In this document: piece by piece, positions 36,067 through 48,296 of the stretch
How the letters are laid out: each line of letters begins with the position of its first letter
How positions within the stretch are numbered: position 1 is the stretch's first letter
NCBI GenBank assembly: GCA_900544555.1
Contig: UQWD01000002.1
Coordinates: 63,471-127,470, forward strand
DNA length: 64,000 nt
Direction of reading: 5' to 3'
Source: an uncultured Eubacteriales bacterium
GTDB lineage: Bacteria > Bacillota > Clostridia > Christensenellales > CAG-138
The notes under the pieces: model-generated
The model's input: the letters and a program-made list of their open reading frames with translations, nothing else
Told to the model about the DNA's origin: nothing
Databases searched by the model: none
Position numbers and translations under genes: made by a program

Positions 36067-36819
36067 TCACAGCATAGTAAGAATCACCGGTTCCGTATCC
36101 GTTACCGCGATCGTATTTTCATAGTGCGCGCTGGGCTTGTTGTCCCTTGTTTCAACAGTCCAGCCGTCCTTTAAGAGCACGCACGCCGCCGTACCGAGAT
36201 TGATCATGGGCTCTATGGCCAAAGTCATCCCGGGCGCCAGCCTCGGGCCGCGGCCTCTTCTGCGGTCAACGAAGTTCGGCACTTCCGGATCCTCATGAAG
36301 GTTCAGGCCAATGCCATGCCCTACCAGCTCGCGTACTACGCCGTACCCGTGCTTAAGGGCGTGCGACTCAATCGCCGAAGAAATATCAGATAAGTGATAC
36401 CCCGGCCGGGCGAATTTGATACCTTCGAAAAAGCACTCTCTCGTTACGTCAACCAGCCGGCGGGTTTCCTCGCTTACGCGGCCGATAAGGAACGTTCGCG
36501 CGGCATCGCCGTGCCAGCCGTTAAGCTGCGCTCCGACGTCTACGCTGAGTATGTCTCCGTCGCGCAGCAGATAACTGCCGGGTATGCCGTGAACAATCTG
36601 CTGGTTAACGGATGTGCAGATGCTTTTGGGGAAGCCCCGGTAGTTCAAAAAAGAAGGTTCCGCGCCATGGCTCCGAATAAGCTTTGCTGCGGCTGAGTCC
36701 AGCTCGTCCGTAGTAATTCCCGCCTTCGCCATGCTCTCTATAAGCTGAAGCGTTTTAGCCACAACGGCTCCCGCATCGCGCATCTTTTCAATCTGATCCG
36801 CTGTTTTAATGGTTATCAT
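36067..36819 (-). CDS. map: Type I methionine aminopeptidase
   Basis: 250 aa. Metal-ligand blocks DILSVDVGAQLNGWHGD, VGHGIG and LAIEPM. Confidence 0.95.
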   Translation of the reverse strand: MITIKTADQIEKMRDAGAVVAKTLQLIESMAKAGITTDELDSAAAKLIRSHGAEPSFLNYRGFPKSICTSVNQQIVHGIPGSYLLRDGDILSVDVGAQLNGWHGDAARTFLIGRVSEETRRLVDVTRECFFEGIKFARPGYHLSDISSAIESHALKHGYGVVRELVGHGIGLNLHEDPEVPNFVDRRRGRGPRLAPGMTLAIEPMINLGTAACVLLKDGWTVETRDNKPSAHYENTIAVTDTEPVILTML

Positions 36820-37442
36820 AAGCTTTTCTCCAGAAGCGAAGCTATTTTAGCTGTCACCTCGCCGGCTGACCGGCTGCCATCTACCTTCTTTAGCAGACCC
36901 ATCCGCTCATAAAAAGCGATCAGGGGAGCGGTACGCCGTTCATAGATGGCTATGCGTTTATGCACAGTCTCCGGTTTATCATCGTCACGAATATACAGTT
37001 GAGAACCGCATACGTCGCAAACCGGCTTAGGATGGCTGCTTACGTGGTAGGCCGTATCGCAATGAGGGCATACGCGGCGCCCGCTTATCCGTTCGACAAG
37101 CACGTTCGCGGGAACCTCAAGATCAATTACCATATCGACGTCGGCAAATCGCATAAGCGCTTCCGCCTGGGGTATTGTTCGCGGAAAACCGTCAAGCAAA
37201 TACCCCGCGGCGCAATCCCGCGCTTGAATGCGCGATTTTACCATCTCAATAATAACATCATCAGGCACAAGCTCGCCCCTGTCAATACGTGATTTAGCGG
37301 CAAGCCCCAAATGCGTTCCAAGCCAAATCTCATGGCGCAGCATGTCGCCGGTTGAAATATGATTCAGCCCATACCTCTCGCATATCGCCGCCGCCTGGGT
37401 GCCTTTACCGGCGCCCGGCGGCCCCACTAAAATCAGAATCAT
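36816..37442 (-). CDS. adk: Adenylate kinase
   Basis: GPPGAGKGTQ P-loop. Zn lid CPHC...CDVCG. Confidence 0.96.
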   Translation of the reverse strand: MILILVGPPGAGKGTQAAAICERYGLNHISTGDMLRHEIWLGTHLGLAAKSRIDRGELVPDDVIIEMVKSRIQARDCAAGYLLDGFPRTIPQAEALMRFADVDMVIDLEVPANVLVERISGRRVCPHCDTAYHVSSHPKPVCDVCGSQLYIRDDDKPETVHKRIAIYERRTAPLIAFYERMGLLKKVDGSRSAGEVTAKIASLLEKSL

Positions 37443-37458
37443 TCAAACCATCCTAAGG

Positions 37459-38727
37459 CTATCCCAGGAACCCCTTATAGTGTCTCATCAACATCATGGA
37501 TTCAAGCTGGGACGCGGTTTCTAGCGCAACGCTTACCATAATCAGTACGCTTGTAGGCCCAAACATAGAAGTTAAACCAAACGCGCCCAGTAAAACGGTA
37601 GGTATAATCGCGACGCACATTAAGAACAGCGCGCCAAAAAGCGTAAGGCGCTTGCTTATTCTGCCGAGATACTCACCCGTTGGCTTGCCGGGACGTATGC
37701 CCGGAATAAATCCGCCGTTCTGCTGCAGGTTTTTGCTTATCTCAACAGGGTTGAAGGAGATCAGCGTGTAGAAATAAGCAAATCCCAGTATAAGAAGCGC
37801 GTAAAGCAGATAATACACAATCTGGCCGCCCGTCGTATTCGTTATGAAGGTATTGTACGCCTCATACGATTTACTCCAGAATACCTGAATGATCATCGCC
37901 GGGAAATTAATGATGGTCATGGCGAAAATCAGCGGCATAACGCCGTTAGCGTTGACCTTCATCGGAATATGCGTTGATTGGCCTCCGTAAAGCTTGCGCC
38001 CTACTACGCGCTTCGCGTATTGTACGGGTACCCTGCGCACGGCCCTGTCAACAAACACAACGCCGGCGATAAGGAACAGCACCAGCACGGCAAGCACCGG
38101 AAGAATCCACCACTTGTAAGCGGCTGTTACGAAAACGCCCTCGAAGAAGCTGATAACCACCTTCGGCACTGTCGCGACGATGGACGCGAAGATGATAAAG
38201 GATACGCCGTTGCCAACGCCCTTCTCCGTTATTCGCTCGCCCATCCACATAAGGAACGCCGTGCCCGCCGTGCAAACGATACCAATGGTCAGATACGTGA
38301 AGATACTGGTGTCCACAACCGCGCCGGTACCCAGGCTCAGCACGATGCCAACGCTCTGTACAGCCGCGAGGCCGATACCGACAAAGCGAGTGATGCGCTC
38401 GATTTTCTGCCTACCGTCCTCTTCCTTTGACAGCCTCTCCAGCGAAGGGATGGCAATCGTGAGGAGCTGCATGATAATCGAACCCGTAATGTAAGGGGAG
38501 ATGCCCATCGCAAAAATGGTAAACTGACCGAACGCGCCGCCGGATAACATATTCAAAAACGTCAATATGTCATACTGCGAGGCTTGCTGCGCGATGAACT
38601 CAGCGTTAACCCCCGGTACGGGAATAAAGGAGCCAAGGCGGTAAACCAGCACCAGAAGCATGGTATAGAGTATCTTGGTGCGGATGTCCTTAAGCTTCCA
38701 TGCGTTTATCAGAGTCTTAAACATCAA
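37459..38727 (-). CDS. secY: Preprotein translocase subunit SecY
   Basis: 422 aa, 10-TM pattern. [15 protein letters not shown] and [10 protein letters not shown] blocks. Confidence 0.97.
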   Translation of the reverse strand: MMFKTLINAWKLKDIRTKILYTMLLVLVYRLGSFIPVPGVNAEFIAQQASQYDILTFLNMLSGGAFGQFTIFAMGISPYITGSIIMQLLTIAIPSLERLSKEEDGRQKIERITRFVGIGLAAVQSVGIVLSLGTGAVVDTSIFTYLTIGIVCTAGTAFLMWMGERITEKGVGNGVSFIIFASIVATVPKVVISFFEGVFVTAAYKWWILPVLAVLVLFLIAGVVFVDRAVRRVPVQYAKRVVGRKLYGGQSTHIPMKVNANGVMPLIFAMTIINFPAMIIQVFWSKSYEAYNTFITNTTGGQIVYYLLYALLILGFAYFYTLISFNPVEISKNLQQNGGFIPGIRPGKPTGEYLGRISKRLTLFGALFLMCVAIIPTVLLGAFGLTSMFGPTSVLIMVSVALETASQLESMMLMRHYKGFLG

Positions 38728-39164
38728 ACCACCTCAGCAGTTCCGCCCGCGGCCTCAATGGCTTTTTGAGCTGTCTCGGAGAATTTCGCAGCCTTAACGT
38801 CCAAACGCTTGGTCAGCTCGCCGCGGCCCAAAACCTTGAGGCCGTCCTTTTCAATTTTTCTGATAACGCCCGTTTGCTTGAGCGATTCAGCAGTGATTAC
38901 CGCGCCATCTTCAAACCGGTTCAGATCCGAGATGTTTATGACGGTATAAACCTTCGCAAAAATATTGGTGAAACCACGTTTAGGCAGGCGGCGGGCCAAA
39001 GGCATCTGACCGCCTTCAAAACCGTTTTTCTTGCTGCCGCTACGGGCTTTCTGGCCCTTATGGCCCTTGCCGGACGTTTTCCCGAGGCCAGAACCTGTTC
39101 CGCGACCGACGCGTTTTCTGGCAAAGGTTGAACCTTCGGCGGGCCTTAACTCATGTAGCTTCAT
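38724..39164 (-). CDS. rplO: 50S ribosomal protein L15
   Basis: [43 protein letters not shown]... Confidence 0.96.
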   Translation of the reverse strand: MKLHELRPAEGSTFARKRVGRGTGSGLGKTSGKGHKGQKARSGSKKNGFEGGQMPLARRLPKRGFTNIFAKVYTVINISDLNRFEDGAVITAESLKQTGVIRKIEKDGLKVLGRGELTKRLDVKAAKFSETAQKAIEAAGGTAEVV

Positions 39165-39178
39165 TGTGCACCTCCCGC

Positions 39179-39358
39179 TTATACTTCTTCCACCTTAATC
39201 AGGTGCTTAACTTTAAAAATCATGCCTCGAATACATTCGTTATCGGGCTTGACCACCGTGCTGTTAATCTTTCTCAGGCCGAGCGCCTGTATGGTCGCCA
39301 GCTGGTCCTTGAGGGCGCCAATGGTGCTCTTGACGAGCGTAATTTTCAGGTTTGCCAT
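39179..39358 (-). CDS. rpmD: 50S ribosomal protein L30
   Basis: Below the ORF-track cut-off. My translation: [59 protein letters not shown]. Confidence 0.92.
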   Translation of the reverse strand: MANLKITLVKSTIGALKDQLATIQALGLRKINSTVVKPDNECIRGMIFKVKHLIKVEEV

Positions 39359-39372
39359 ATTCGCTTCCTCCG

Positions 39373-39876
39373 TTAATCCAGAATTTCCGCCACGGTTTTC
39401 CCCCGCAGGCGGGCAACCTCTTCGGCGGTCCTGAGCTGCTTAAGTCCCTCTATGGTAGCCTTAACGCAGTTGGCGGGGTTGTTGGAGCCGTAGCTCTTGG
39501 TTCGGATATCCTTTACGCCCACCAGCTCAAGAACCGCGCGGGCGGGGCCGCCGGCGATTACGCCCGTGCCCTCCTCAGCGGGAAGCAGCCGAACATGCCC
39601 CCTGCCGTATTTCCCTTCAATGGGATGCGGGATGGTCGTACCCTTAAGCGAAACCTCGACTAGGTTGCGTTTGGCGTCCTCAATCCCCTTGCGCACGGCC
39701 TCCGGTATTTCAACGGCCTTGCCCATTCCAACGCCTACGTGCCCGTTTTCGTCGCCCACGACCATTAGCGCGCTGAACCGGAAGTTGCGCCCGCCCTTTA
39801 CGACCTTGGCAACGCGGTTGATGGAAACAAGCCTTTCTTTCAAATCCAATGTGGTCGGATCAATACGCTTCTGCAT
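39373..39876 (-). CDS. rpsE: 30S ribosomal protein S5
   Basis: [22 protein letters not shown]... Confidence 0.97.
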   Translation of the reverse strand: MQKRIDPTTLDLKERLVSINRVAKVVKGGRNFRFSALMVVGDENGHVGVGMGKAVEIPEAVRKGIEDAKRNLVEVSLKGTTIPHPIEGKYGRGHVRLLPAEEGTGVIAGGPARAVLELVGVKDIRTKSYGSNNPANCVKATIEGLKQLRTAEEVARLRGKTVAEILD

Positions 39877-39887
39877 CTTCTACCTCC

Positions 39888-40256
39888 TTAGAAATCCAGT
39901 CCGGCCTTACGGGCTCCGGCGGCTAATTCAGCGACGCGGCCCGTATACAGATAACCGCCCCTGTCGAAAACGACCTTGGTTATCCCCTTGTCCACAGCGC
40001 GTCGGCCGATGGTTTCTCCAACCAGCAGAGCGGCCTGCTTCTTGTTTTTGCCTTCAAGTTTGCCCTTGACCTCCGCATCTAGCGTAGACGCGGCAACAAG
40101 GGTTTTTCCGGCTGTATCATTAATAATCTGCGCGTAGATATGGTTCAGGCTGCGGTATACGTTAAGCCTTGGCCTGGACGCGTTGCCGATAATGTGCCTG
40201 CGGGCACGGTTATGGCGGGCTTTACGCACAGCGTTTTTATCTAGTTTGGCAATCAT
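39888..40256 (-). CDS. rplR: 50S ribosomal protein L18
   Basis: [20 protein letters not shown]...[14 protein letters not shown]. Confidence 0.97.
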   Translation of the reverse strand: MIAKLDKNAVRKARHNRARRHIIGNASRPRLNVYRSLNHIYAQIINDTAGKTLVAASTLDAEVKGKLEGKNKKQAALLVGETIGRRAVDKGITKVVFDRGGYLYTGRVAELAAGARKAGLDF

Positions 40257-40277
40257 ACTGTCTCTCCTCTCTACGCA

Positions 40278-40817
40278 TTACTTACCGGTCTTGCCTTCCT
40301 TGCGGCGAACGACCTCATAATCATACTTGATGCCCTTGCCCTTATAAGGCTCGGGAGGTCTTACCACGCGGATATTAGCGGCTATTTGCCCGACAAGCTG
40401 CTTGCTGATGCCTTTGACGGTGATCTTGTTCGGGGTAGGCACGTCAAAAGTAATGCCGTCCGGCTCCACAAACTCCACAGGGTGCGAATACCCTACGTTA
40501 AGCACCAGCTTATTTCCCTGTTTTTGAGCCCTGTAACCAACTCCGACAATATCCAGCTTTTTTTCAAACCCGTTGGTTACGCCGGTTACCATGTTGTTGA
40601 TAAGCGAACGGGAAAGCCCATGCAGCGCGCGGTGCTCCTTCGCGTCGCTCGGGCGTTTGACGGTGAAAACCCCATTTTCCTGTTCAAGGATCATCTCCGA
40701 GGAGATCTTTTCACTTAACCGGCCCTTAGGGCCGGTCACAGTCACGGTGTTGCCGTCGCCAACCGTGATTGTCACTCCGCCGGGAATGTTGATCGGAAGT
40801 TTTCCGATTCGTGACAT
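40278..40817 (-). CDS. rplF: 50S ribosomal protein L6
   Basis: [19 protein letters not shown]...[11 protein letters not shown]. Confidence 0.97.
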   Translation of the reverse strand: MSRIGKLPINIPGGVTITVGDGNTVTVTGPKGRLSEKISSEMILEQENGVFTVKRPSDAKEHRALHGLSRSLINNMVTGVTNGFEKKLDIVGVGYRAQKQGNKLVLNVGYSHPVEFVEPDGITFDVPTPNKITVKGISKQLVGQIAANIRVVRPPEPYKGKGIKYDYEVVRRKEGKTGK

Positions 40818-40869
40818 GTTTCACACCTCCATATACTTTTATCAATAAGCTTGGGATAGCCCCAAGTCT

Positions 40870-41268
40870 TTACCAGATATAGGCCAATACCTCTCCGCCA
40901 ATGGCCTGCTTGCGCGCCTCGCGGTCCGTCATAACACCGCGTGAGGTGGAAAGTATGGCGATGCCCAGGCCGCTCAGCACCTTGGGTATATTGTCCTTGC
41001 GGGCATAAACGCGCAAACCCGGTTTGGAAATGCGCTTGAGTCCGGTGATGACCCGCTGGCGGTTCGCTCCATACTTGAGGGTAATATGTATGGTGGAGAT
41101 AATGCCCTCCTGCTTTATTTCAAAGCCCTTGATGTAGCCTTCGCTAAGCAAAATGCCGGCTATGGCCTTTTTCATGTTGGACGCGGGCACGTCCACGCTG
41201 TCGTGCTTGGCAACGAGCGCGTTGCGTATGCGTGTGAGCATATCGGCGATGGGATCAGTTACGTGCAT
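40870..41268 (-). CDS. rpsH: 30S ribosomal protein S8
   Basis: [13 protein letters not shown]...GGEVLAYIW. Confidence 0.97.
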   Translation of the reverse strand: MHVTDPIADMLTRIRNALVAKHDSVDVPASNMKKAIAGILLSEGYIKGFEIKQEGIISTIHITLKYGANRQRVITGLKRISKPGLRVYARKDNIPKVLSGLGIAILSTSRGVMTDREARKQAIGGEVLAYIW

Positions 41269-41281
41269 TTGTATTCCCTCC

Positions 41282-41467
41282 TTACCAGCTTGCTTTGCGT
41301 ACGCCGGGTATCTCGCCCTTGTACGCCAACTCGCGGAAGCAGATACGGCAGATGCCGTACTTCCTCAGCACGGAGTGCGGGCGGCCGCAGATGCGGCAGC
41401 GGGTATACGCTCGGGTGCTGAACTTGGGCTCGCGCGACTGCTTTATTTTCATGCTTGTTTTTGCCAC
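41282..41467 (-). CDS. rpsN: 30S ribosomal protein S14 type Z (zinc form)
   Basis: 61 aa. [20 protein letters not shown]. Confidence 0.96.
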   Translation of the reverse strand: MAKTSMKIKQSREPKFSTRAYTRCRICGRPHSVLRKYGICRICFRELAYKGEIPGVRKASW

Positions 41468-41483
41468 TTGCTTATCCTCCTAA

Positions 41484-42110
41484 TCAGTCCTGTACAAAGG
41501 GCATGCCCAACAGCCTGAGCAGTTCCTTCGCTTCTTCGTCCGTTTTGGCAGTTGTGACGAACACGATGTCCATGCCGCGAACCTTATCGACGTCATCATA
41601 ATTGATTTCAGGGAATATAAGCTGCTCCTTGAGACCCATGGCGTAATTGCCCCGGCCGTCGAAGCTCTTGTCCGACAATCCCCTGAAGTCACGCACGCGG
41701 GGGATAACGATGTTCATAAGCTTATCGGCGAAATAATACATCCTGTCGCCGCGAAGCGTTACCTTTGCGCCGATGTTCATGCCCTGGCGGACTTTGAAGT
41801 TAGCGACTGATTTTTTAGCCTTGGTAACAACCGGCCTCTGGCCGGCGATGAGGGAAAGCTCCTCTACCGCGGAGTCGATACCCTTTGGGTTGTCTTTCTC
41901 GGAACCAAGGCCCATGTTAAGAACGATTTTTACCAGCCTGGGCGTTTCCATCACGTTCTTATATTGGAACTTTTCCTGAAGTTGCTTGGCAACTTCTTCT
42001 TTGTACTTAATCTTCAGGCGCGCGGGCTCGGTAAATGCCTTGGCTTCCTGAGTTACCTTCTTCTTCTTGGCCGGGGCCTCGGAAGCTGCGTTTTTCTTAG
42101 CCACTTTCAC
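41484..42110 (-). CDS. rplE: 50S ribosomal protein L5 (with about 28-aa Lys-rich N-terminal extension)
   Basis: Canonical L5 begins at [11 protein letters not shown]. There is no ATG/GTG/TTG near that point. GTG starts at 42110 and 42104 lie behind GAGGAGG. Confidence 0.93.
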   Translation of the reverse strand: MKVAKKNAASEAPAKKKKVTQEAKAFTEPARLKIKYKEEVAKQLQEKFQYKNVMETPRLVKIVLNMGLGSEKDNPKGIDSAVEELSLIAGQRPVVTKAKKSVANFKVRQGMNIGAKVTLRGDRMYYFADKLMNIVIPRVRDFRGLSDKSFDGRGNYAMGLKEQLIFPEINYDDVDKVRGMDIVFVTTAKTDEEAKELLRLLGMPFVQD

Positions 42111-42122
42111 TTACCTCCTCGC

Positions 42123-42461
42123 TCAATCGATGTTTTTGCCGCACTTTTTGCATGCGCGGACTTTCTTGGGCTTTGCGCCCTCTCCCTTACCCGCGGTAAA
42201 AGCGTGGCCGATGCGGGTAGGCTTCTTGCAATGCGGGCAAACGAGCATGACGTTGGAAATGTGAAGCTTGCCCTCCTGCTTGATGCGGCCGCCCTGCTCA
42301 CCCTGTTTACGGGGCTTTTTATGCCTTGTAACCATATTGACGTTTTGAACGACCACCCGCTTCTCCTCAGGATAGGCTACAAGAACCTTGCCCTGCTCGC
42401 CCTCGTTGGTTCCGGAGATTACCAAAACGGTATCGTCCTTTTTAATGTTCATCTTGTTCAT
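42123..42461 (-). CDS. rplX: 50S ribosomal protein L24 (Cys4 variant)
   Basis: KKDDTVLVISGTNEGEQGKV KOW motif. C-terminal CPHC...CKKC. Confidence 0.95.
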   Translation of the reverse strand: MNKMNIKKDDTVLVISGTNEGEQGKVLVAYPEEKRVVVQNVNMVTRHKKPRKQGEQGGRIKQEGKLHISNVMLVCPHCKKPTRIGHAFTAGKGEGAKPKKVRACKKCGKNID

Positions 42462-42475
42462 AGCGTATGTCCTCC

Positions 42476-42844
42476 TTAGAGCACTTCAGGCGCGAGCGAT
42501 ACAATTTTCATATAATCCTTCTCGCGCAGCTCCCTGGCGACGGGCCCAAAGATACGGGTGCCGCGGGGCTGCTTCTGGTCGTTGATGATAACCGCCGCGT
42601 TATCGTCAAAACGGATATGGCTGCCGTCCGGCCTGTGGGTCCCGGAAACGGTGCGTACAACGACCGCTTTTACAACATCCTTTTTCTTAACGGCGCCGCC
42701 GGGCGAAGCCGACTTAACGGAAGCAACGATTACATCGCCTATGTTTGCGCTTCTGCGGAACGAACCGCCCAGTACGCGAATGCACATAATCTCCTTCGCG
42801 CCGCTGTTGTCCGCAACCTTTAATCTGGTCTGTGGCTGAATCAT
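42476..42844 (-). CDS. rplN: 50S ribosomal protein L14
   Basis: [28 protein letters not shown]... Confidence 0.97.
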   Translation of the reverse strand: MIQPQTRLKVADNSGAKEIMCIRVLGGSFRRSANIGDVIVASVKSASPGGAVKKKDVVKAVVVRTVSGTHRPDGSHIRFDDNAAVIINDQKQPRGTRIFGPVARELREKDYMKIVSLAPEVL

Positions 42845-42865
42845 GCTCGGGTCCTCCTTTCAGGC

Positions 42866-43126
42866 TTACTTGGCCTTTTCAATTATCTCAACCATACGCC
42901 AGCGCTTATCCTTTGAAAGCGGGCGGGTTTCCATTATTTTTATGGTATCTCCAATGCCGCATGCGTTTTCTTCGTCATGGGCCTTAAACTTGCGCGTCCG
43001 GTTGACCATCTTGCCGTAGAGGGGATGGCGAACCTTGGTTTTAATGGCGACAACGACGGTTTTATCCATCTTATCGCTCACGACTACGCCAATACGTGTT
43101 TTACGATAACCTCTGGTCTGCTGCAT
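42866..43126 (-). CDS. rpsQ: 30S ribosomal protein S17
   Basis: ORF 42866..43141. ATG 43126 is preferred (AAGGAGGAG RBS). [19 protein letters not shown]. Confidence 0.95.
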   Translation of the reverse strand: MQQTRGYRKTRIGVVVSDKMDKTVVVAIKTKVRHPLYGKMVNRTRKFKAHDEENACGIGDTIKIMETRPLSKDKRWRMVEIIEKAK

Positions 43127-43140
43127 ATGCTCCTCCTTCA

Positions 43141-43344
43141 TTATTCGGCAAGGGCCGCTCTCTCACGCTCGGCGATGAGCGTCTTTACACGGGCGATGTC
43201 CTTCTTCGTCTCACTAATCCGCTGGGAATTACTGAGCTGTCCGGTGGCCAACTGAAAGCGGAGATTAAACAGCTCTTCCTTAAGCTCCTTTTCGCGCTTA
43301 AAAAGCTCTTCCATGGAAAGTTTTCTAAATTCATTAGCCTTCAT
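43141..43344 (-). CDS. rpmC: 50S ribosomal protein L29
   Basis: ORF 43141..43356. ATG 43344 gives [31 protein letters not shown]. Confidence 0.95.
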   Translation of the reverse strand: MKANEFRKLSMEELFKREKELKEELFNLRFQLATGQLSNSQRISETKKDIARVKTLIAERERAALAE

Positions 43345-43774
43345 CGCTCTCACCACCTACTGATTCAATTTCTCTCTTGGCGACCTTGCATTTAAGCGGA
43401 AGCTTATGCATTGCAAGGCGCAGCGCTTCCTTGGCCGTAGCCTCTTCCACGCCAGCTATCTCGAACATAACGCGGCCCGGCTTTACGACGGCTACCCAGT
43501 ATTCCGGCGAGCCCTTACCGCTGCCCATTCGGGTCTCGGCCGGCTTCTCGGTAACGGGCTTATCCGGGAAGATCTTGATCCAAACGCGCCCTCCGCGTTT
43601 GATGTAACGCGTCATTGCGATACGAGCGGCTTCGATCTGGTTGCTGGTAACCCATGCCGGCTCCATGGCCACAAGGCCGTATTCGCCGTAATTGATTTTA
43701 TTTCCGCGCTGGGCCGTGCCCTTCATACGGCCGCGGTGAACTCTTCTGCGTTTAACTCTCTTTGGCATCAACAT
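43334..43774 (-). CDS. rplP: 50S ribosomal protein L16
   Basis: [19 protein letters not shown]... Confidence 0.97.
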   Translation of the reverse strand: MLMPKRVKRRRVHRGRMKGTAQRGNKINYGEYGLVAMEPAWVTSNQIEAARIAMTRYIKRGGRVWIKIFPDKPVTEKPAETRMGSGKGSPEYWVAVVKPGRVMFEIAGVEEATAKEALRLAMHKLPLKCKVAKREIESVGGESDEG

Positions 43775-43787
43775 AGCACTTGCCTCC

Positions 43788-44432
43788 TTACGCCTTTCTG
43801 GCCCTCGTGAGCACTTCGCCCTTGTAGATCCACACCTTTACGCCGATACGGCCGTAGGTGGTATGCGCCTCCGTGAAACCGTACTCGATATCCGCGCGCA
43901 TGGTCTGAAGGGGGATGGAACCGTCGTGATATCCTTCACTGCGGGCGATTTCCGCACCGCCGAGGCGGCCGGAGCATTTTATTTTTACGCCCTTGGCTCC
44001 GGCTTTCATAGCGCGGCCCATCGCCTGCTTCATGGCCCGGCGGAAGGATATGCGCTTTTCAAGCTGTGCGGCGATGCTTTCAGCCACGAGCTGCGCGTTT
44101 GAATCCGGGCTGCGTACCTCTAATATATTCACGTTAACGGGTTTCCCTACGAGGCGGCTCACGTCCGCCTTGATGGCGTCCACTCCCACGCCGCCTTTTC
44201 CGATAAGCATGCCCGGCCGGGCGGTATGGATGCTGACCGTAACTTTATTGGCGGCCCGCTCAATATCTATTTTGGAAACGCTTGCGCCGTAATGCACCCT
44301 TTTGAGGTGATCCCTTATCTTCTTATCCTCGATCAGGTAATCGGCGAATTCCTTCTTGGAGGCATACCAACGGGTATTCCAGTCTCTGATGACGCCAACG
44401 CGGAAGCCGTTCGGATTAACTTTTTGTCCCAT
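43788..44432 (-). CDS. rpsC: 30S ribosomal protein S3
   Basis: [24 protein letters not shown]... Confidence 0.97.
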   Translation of the reverse strand: MGQKVNPNGFRVGVIRDWNTRWYASKKEFADYLIEDKKIRDHLKRVHYGASVSKIDIERAANKVTVSIHTARPGMLIGKGGVGVDAIKADVSRLVGKPVNVNILEVRSPDSNAQLVAESIAAQLEKRISFRRAMKQAMGRAMKAGAKGVKIKCSGRLGGAEIARSEGYHDGSIPLQTMRADIEYGFTEAHTTYGRIGVKVWIYKGEVLTRARKA

Positions 44433-44444
44433 ATCTTCTCCTCC

Positions 44445-44831
44445 TTACTTTGCCTGATCCAGGATTATTGTAATGTGGCTGGTGCGCTTGCGTATATGCG
44501 TCGCCCTGCCCTGCGCGCGGGGACGGTATCGTTTAAGCGTTGGGCCCTGGTTTGCGTAAACCTCGGCGACGTACAGGCCGTCGGCGGGGAGATTAGCGTT
44601 GTTCTCCGCATTGGCGACGGCGGATTTTAAGAGCTTGAGCACCGGCTCGCTGGCGGCTTTGGGCGTGAACCGCAAAATCGCCTCAGCCTCCGCCACGCTC
44701 TTTCCGCGTATGAGATCGATAACGATCTTAACCTTGCGGGAGCTAATCCTGATGTACCGCGCTATCGCGTGCGGCCGTTTATCCGCGTTTTCGCGGCGCG
44801 CCGCGGTTTTTTCCTTCATTCTTGTTGCCAT
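44445..44831 (-). CDS. rplV: 50S ribosomal protein L22
   Basis: [21 protein letters not shown]... Confidence 0.96.
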   Translation of the reverse strand: MATRMKEKTAARRENADKRPHAIARYIRISSRKVKIVIDLIRGKSVAEAEAILRFTPKAASEPVLKLLKSAVANAENNANLPADGLYVAEVYANQGPTLKRYRPRAQGRATHIRKRTSHITIILDQAK

Positions 44832-44849
44832 AGTTCGCTCCTCCTTCTC

Positions 44850-45131
44850 TTATCTTCCGCCGGAGGACTTTTCAGAGCCCTTGTGGCCGCGGAAAGTGCG
44901 GGTGGGCGCAAACTCGCCCAGCTTATGGCCGACCATCTCCTCGGTGATATAAACCGGAACATGCTTTCTTCCGTCGTGTACGGCGATGGTGTGCCCGACC
45001 ATATCGGGGAAGATGGTGGACGCGCGGGACCATGTTTTAATAACGGTCTTTTTGCCGCTGGTATTCATATTCATGATGCGCTCAAGCAAGCGCTCACTGA
45101 CAAAAGGGCCTTTTTTGATTGACCTGCTCAT
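44850..45131 (-). CDS. rpsS: 30S ribosomal protein S19
   Basis: [16 protein letters not shown]...[16 protein letters not shown]. Confidence 0.97.
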   Translation of the reverse strand: MSRSIKKGPFVSERLLERIMNMNTSGKKTVIKTWSRASTIFPDMVGHTIAVHDGRKHVPVYITEEMVGHKLGEFAPTRTFRGHKGSEKSSGGR

Positions 45132-45149
45132 GGTTTACTCCTTTCCCAA

Positions 45150-45983
<834 letters not shown>

Positions 45984-45994
45984 TGTATACCTCC

Positions 45995-46288
45995 TTACTG
46001 CACCATGCTGTCAAAGAATTCAATGCCCTTGGAATCCTTTTTCAGCTTGACATAGGCCTTTTTAACGGATGGGCGGCGGCCTTGCGTACGACCCTGCCGC
46101 TTCATCTTGCCCAGCGTATTGAGCGTATTCACCTTGTCGACCTTGACGCCGAAAATCTCCTCAACCGCCTGCCTTATCTGTATTTTGTTCGCCCTTTTGT
46201 CAACCACGAAAGTATAGGTTCTTTCGGCCAGATGATCATAGCTTTTTTCAGTAAGCACGGGCTTAATAATAATATCGTGCGCGTTCAT
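45995..46288 (-). CDS. rplW: 50S ribosomal protein L23
   Basis: [29 protein letters not shown]. Confidence 0.96.
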   Translation of the reverse strand: MNAHDIIIKPVLTEKSYDHLAERTYTFVVDKRANKIQIRQAVEEIFGVKVDKVNTLNTLGKMKRQGRTQGRRPSVKKAYVKLKKDSKGIEFFDSMVQ

Positions 46289-46908
46289 CAGCAGTACACC
46301 TCCTCGACCTTGGCGAGCGCATCCCTGGTCAGGATGAGCGTATCGTACTTTAAAATCTCATAAGCGTTGAGCGTGCCTACCAGCGTAGTTTTAACATTGG
46401 GTATATTGTGGGCGGCCCGCTCCACGGTTTCATTCTTCCCGGGAAGGACGATGAGCGCTTTTTTCACGTTGACGGCGTTGAGCGCCTTAATCATTTCCTT
46501 GGTTTTTGGGGCCGCGATATTCAATTCGTCAAATATAATGATTTCATTCGCGTTAACCTTACCCGACAAAGCGCTCTTCATGGCGATGCGCTTTACCTTT
46601 TTGTTCACGCTTTGGCGGTAATCCCTGGGCTTGGGCGCAAACACCACGCCGCCGTGCGTCCACTGCGGGGCGCGGATGGAACCCTGGCGCGCGCGGCCTG
46701 TACCCTTCTGTTTCCAGGGCTTGATGCCGCCGCCGCGAACCTCTGAGCGTGTCAGCGCGCTCTGCGTTCCCTGGCGCTGGTTTGCCAGATAAGCCTTCAC
46801 AACCGAATGCAAGACCGCGCTGTTGACCTCCTGGCCAAACACGCCCTCGCTCAGTTCGATTTCGCCGATGCTTTCCCCGGCGATATTGTATAATGCAACC
46901 TTAGGCAT
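46288..46908 (-). CDS. rplD: 50S ribosomal protein L4
   Basis: [33 protein letters not shown]. Confidence 0.97.
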   Translation of the reverse strand: MPKVALYNIAGESIGEIELSEGVFGQEVNSAVLHSVVKAYLANQRQGTQSALTRSEVRGGGIKPWKQKGTGRARQGSIRAPQWTHGGVVFAPKPRDYRQSVNKKVKRIAMKSALSGKVNANEIIIFDELNIAAPKTKEMIKALNAVNVKKALIVLPGKNETVERAAHNIPNVKTTLVGTLNAYEILKYDTLILTRDALAKVEEVYC

Positions 46909-46933
46909 TTTGCTTCCTCCTCTCCGATTCGGC

Positions 46934-47560
46934 TTACTTTACGGTGTTCCTGACCATGACAAGGCCGCCCTTGGCTCCGGGAACGGCGCCCTTGACAAGG
47001 AGCAGATTGCGGTCGGCGTCTACCCGAACCACCTCAAGGTTCTGTATCGTTACGCGCTCCGAACCCATATGGCCGGGCAGATGCTTGGTCTTAAACACCT
47101 CGCCCGGGTACGTGCACGCGCCCATTGAACCGGCGACCCTGTAAGAGTGCGAACCGTGCGTTTTCCTTCCCCGCGCCTGGTTCCAGCGCTTAATAGTGCC
47201 CTGGAAACCCTTGCCCTTGCTCACGCCGGTTACGTCCACGCGATCCCCGGGAACAAACGCATCCGCCTTTATCGCCTGGCCTACCTCGTAAGAGGAGGCG
47301 TTATCCAGCTTAAACTCCCTAAGGTACCGGTGCGCGCCCAGGCCCGCTTTCTTTAAATGGCCAAGTTCAGGCTTGTTTAACAGCCTTTCCCGTATTTCAG
47401 AGAAAGCCACCTGAACGGCGTCATAGCCGTCGTGCTCAACGGTCTTTTTCTGAACAACGGGGCAGGGCCCGGCCAAAACCACAGTAACCGGAATCATGGT
47501 TCCGTCTTCTCTGAACATCTGGGTCATTCCGACCTTTTTGCCCAAAATCGCTTTTTTCAT
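46934..47560 (-). CDS. rplC: 50S ribosomal protein L3
   Basis: ORF 46934..47596. ATG 47560 is preferred (GGAGGTGG RBS). [16 protein letters not shown]. Confidence 0.96.
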   Translation of the reverse strand: MKKAILGKKVGMTQMFREDGTMIPVTVVLAGPCPVVQKKTVEHDGYDAVQVAFSEIRERLLNKPELGHLKKAGLGAHRYLREFKLDNASSYEVGQAIKADAFVPGDRVDVTGVSKGKGFQGTIKRWNQARGRKTHGSHSYRVAGSMGACTYPGEVFKTKHLPGHMGSERVTIQNLEVVRVDADRNLLLVKGAVPGAKGGLVMVRNTVK

Positions 47561-47579
47561 ATTAAATCCACCTCCGTTA

Positions 47580-47888
47580 TCACAGCTTGATCTCAATGTC
47601 CACTCCGGCGGGGAGATCGAGCTTCATCAGCGCGTCCACGGTCTTCGCCGAGGGCTGAAGGATATCGATCAGGCGTTTGTGGGTCCGCATTTCGAACTGT
47701 TCTCTGGAATCCTTGTACTTATGGGGCGAACGGAGTATGGTGACAATCTCCTTCTCCGTCGGCAGGGGGATGGGGCCTGATACGCGGGCTCCCGTCCTTT
47801 TGGCCGTTTCAACAATCTTTTCAGAACTCTGGTCGATAAGAATGTGTTCATAGGCCTTGAGCTTAATTCGGATCTTCTGGTTTGCCAT
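47580..47888 (-). CDS. rpsJ: 30S ribosomal protein S10
   Basis: ORF 47580..47924. ATG 47888 is preferred (AAAGGAGGA RBS). [15 protein letters not shown]. Confidence 0.96.
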   Translation of the reverse strand: MANQKIRIKLKAYEHILIDQSSEKIVETAKRTGARVSGPIPLPTEKEIVTILRSPHKYKDSREQFEMRTHKRLIDILQPSAKTVDALMKLDLPAGVDIEIKL

Positions 47889-48088
47889 GTTATTTCGTCC
47901 TCCTTTTTGTATCGGGCTGTACACTTGGCCGTGTGTTTCCTTATTTAAAGAAACGGCCGGGCGCGTGCCCGTTGCCCTGTCGTGGGCCGTCCGCTGGAAT
48001 TACCCGGATGGCAGAGCCGGCAACCTCCCGCGGAACGCCGCGCGGCAACATGCTATTGCATGAATGTCCCATTTGCGCAGCATGGATT

Positions 48089-48117
48089 ATAATACAGTAA
48101 AAAAAGCTGCATTGCAA
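48089..48117 (-). promoter_or_regulatory. Sigma-A type promoter of the S10 operon (TTGCAA-17-TATTAT)
   Basis: The minus strand reads TTGCAATGCAGCTTTTTTTACTGTATTATAAT. It is followed by a GC-rich leader of roughly 195 nt before rpsJ. Confidence 0.55.
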
Positions 48118-48296
48118 GGCTTTTTTTATAAAAAATATAATAAAGTGGATTAAATTTATCTTCAATCAACGCGCCCGTGCGTTTCCAACGTGTTTTTCAG
48201 GGTTTGAGGCGTTTTTTTCAGCGCAGTTCCATTCCTGGGCGCTCCTGTGAAATATAAAGTATACGAGCTGAGCGTTTAGGCGCGGCGCGCCCGCCT

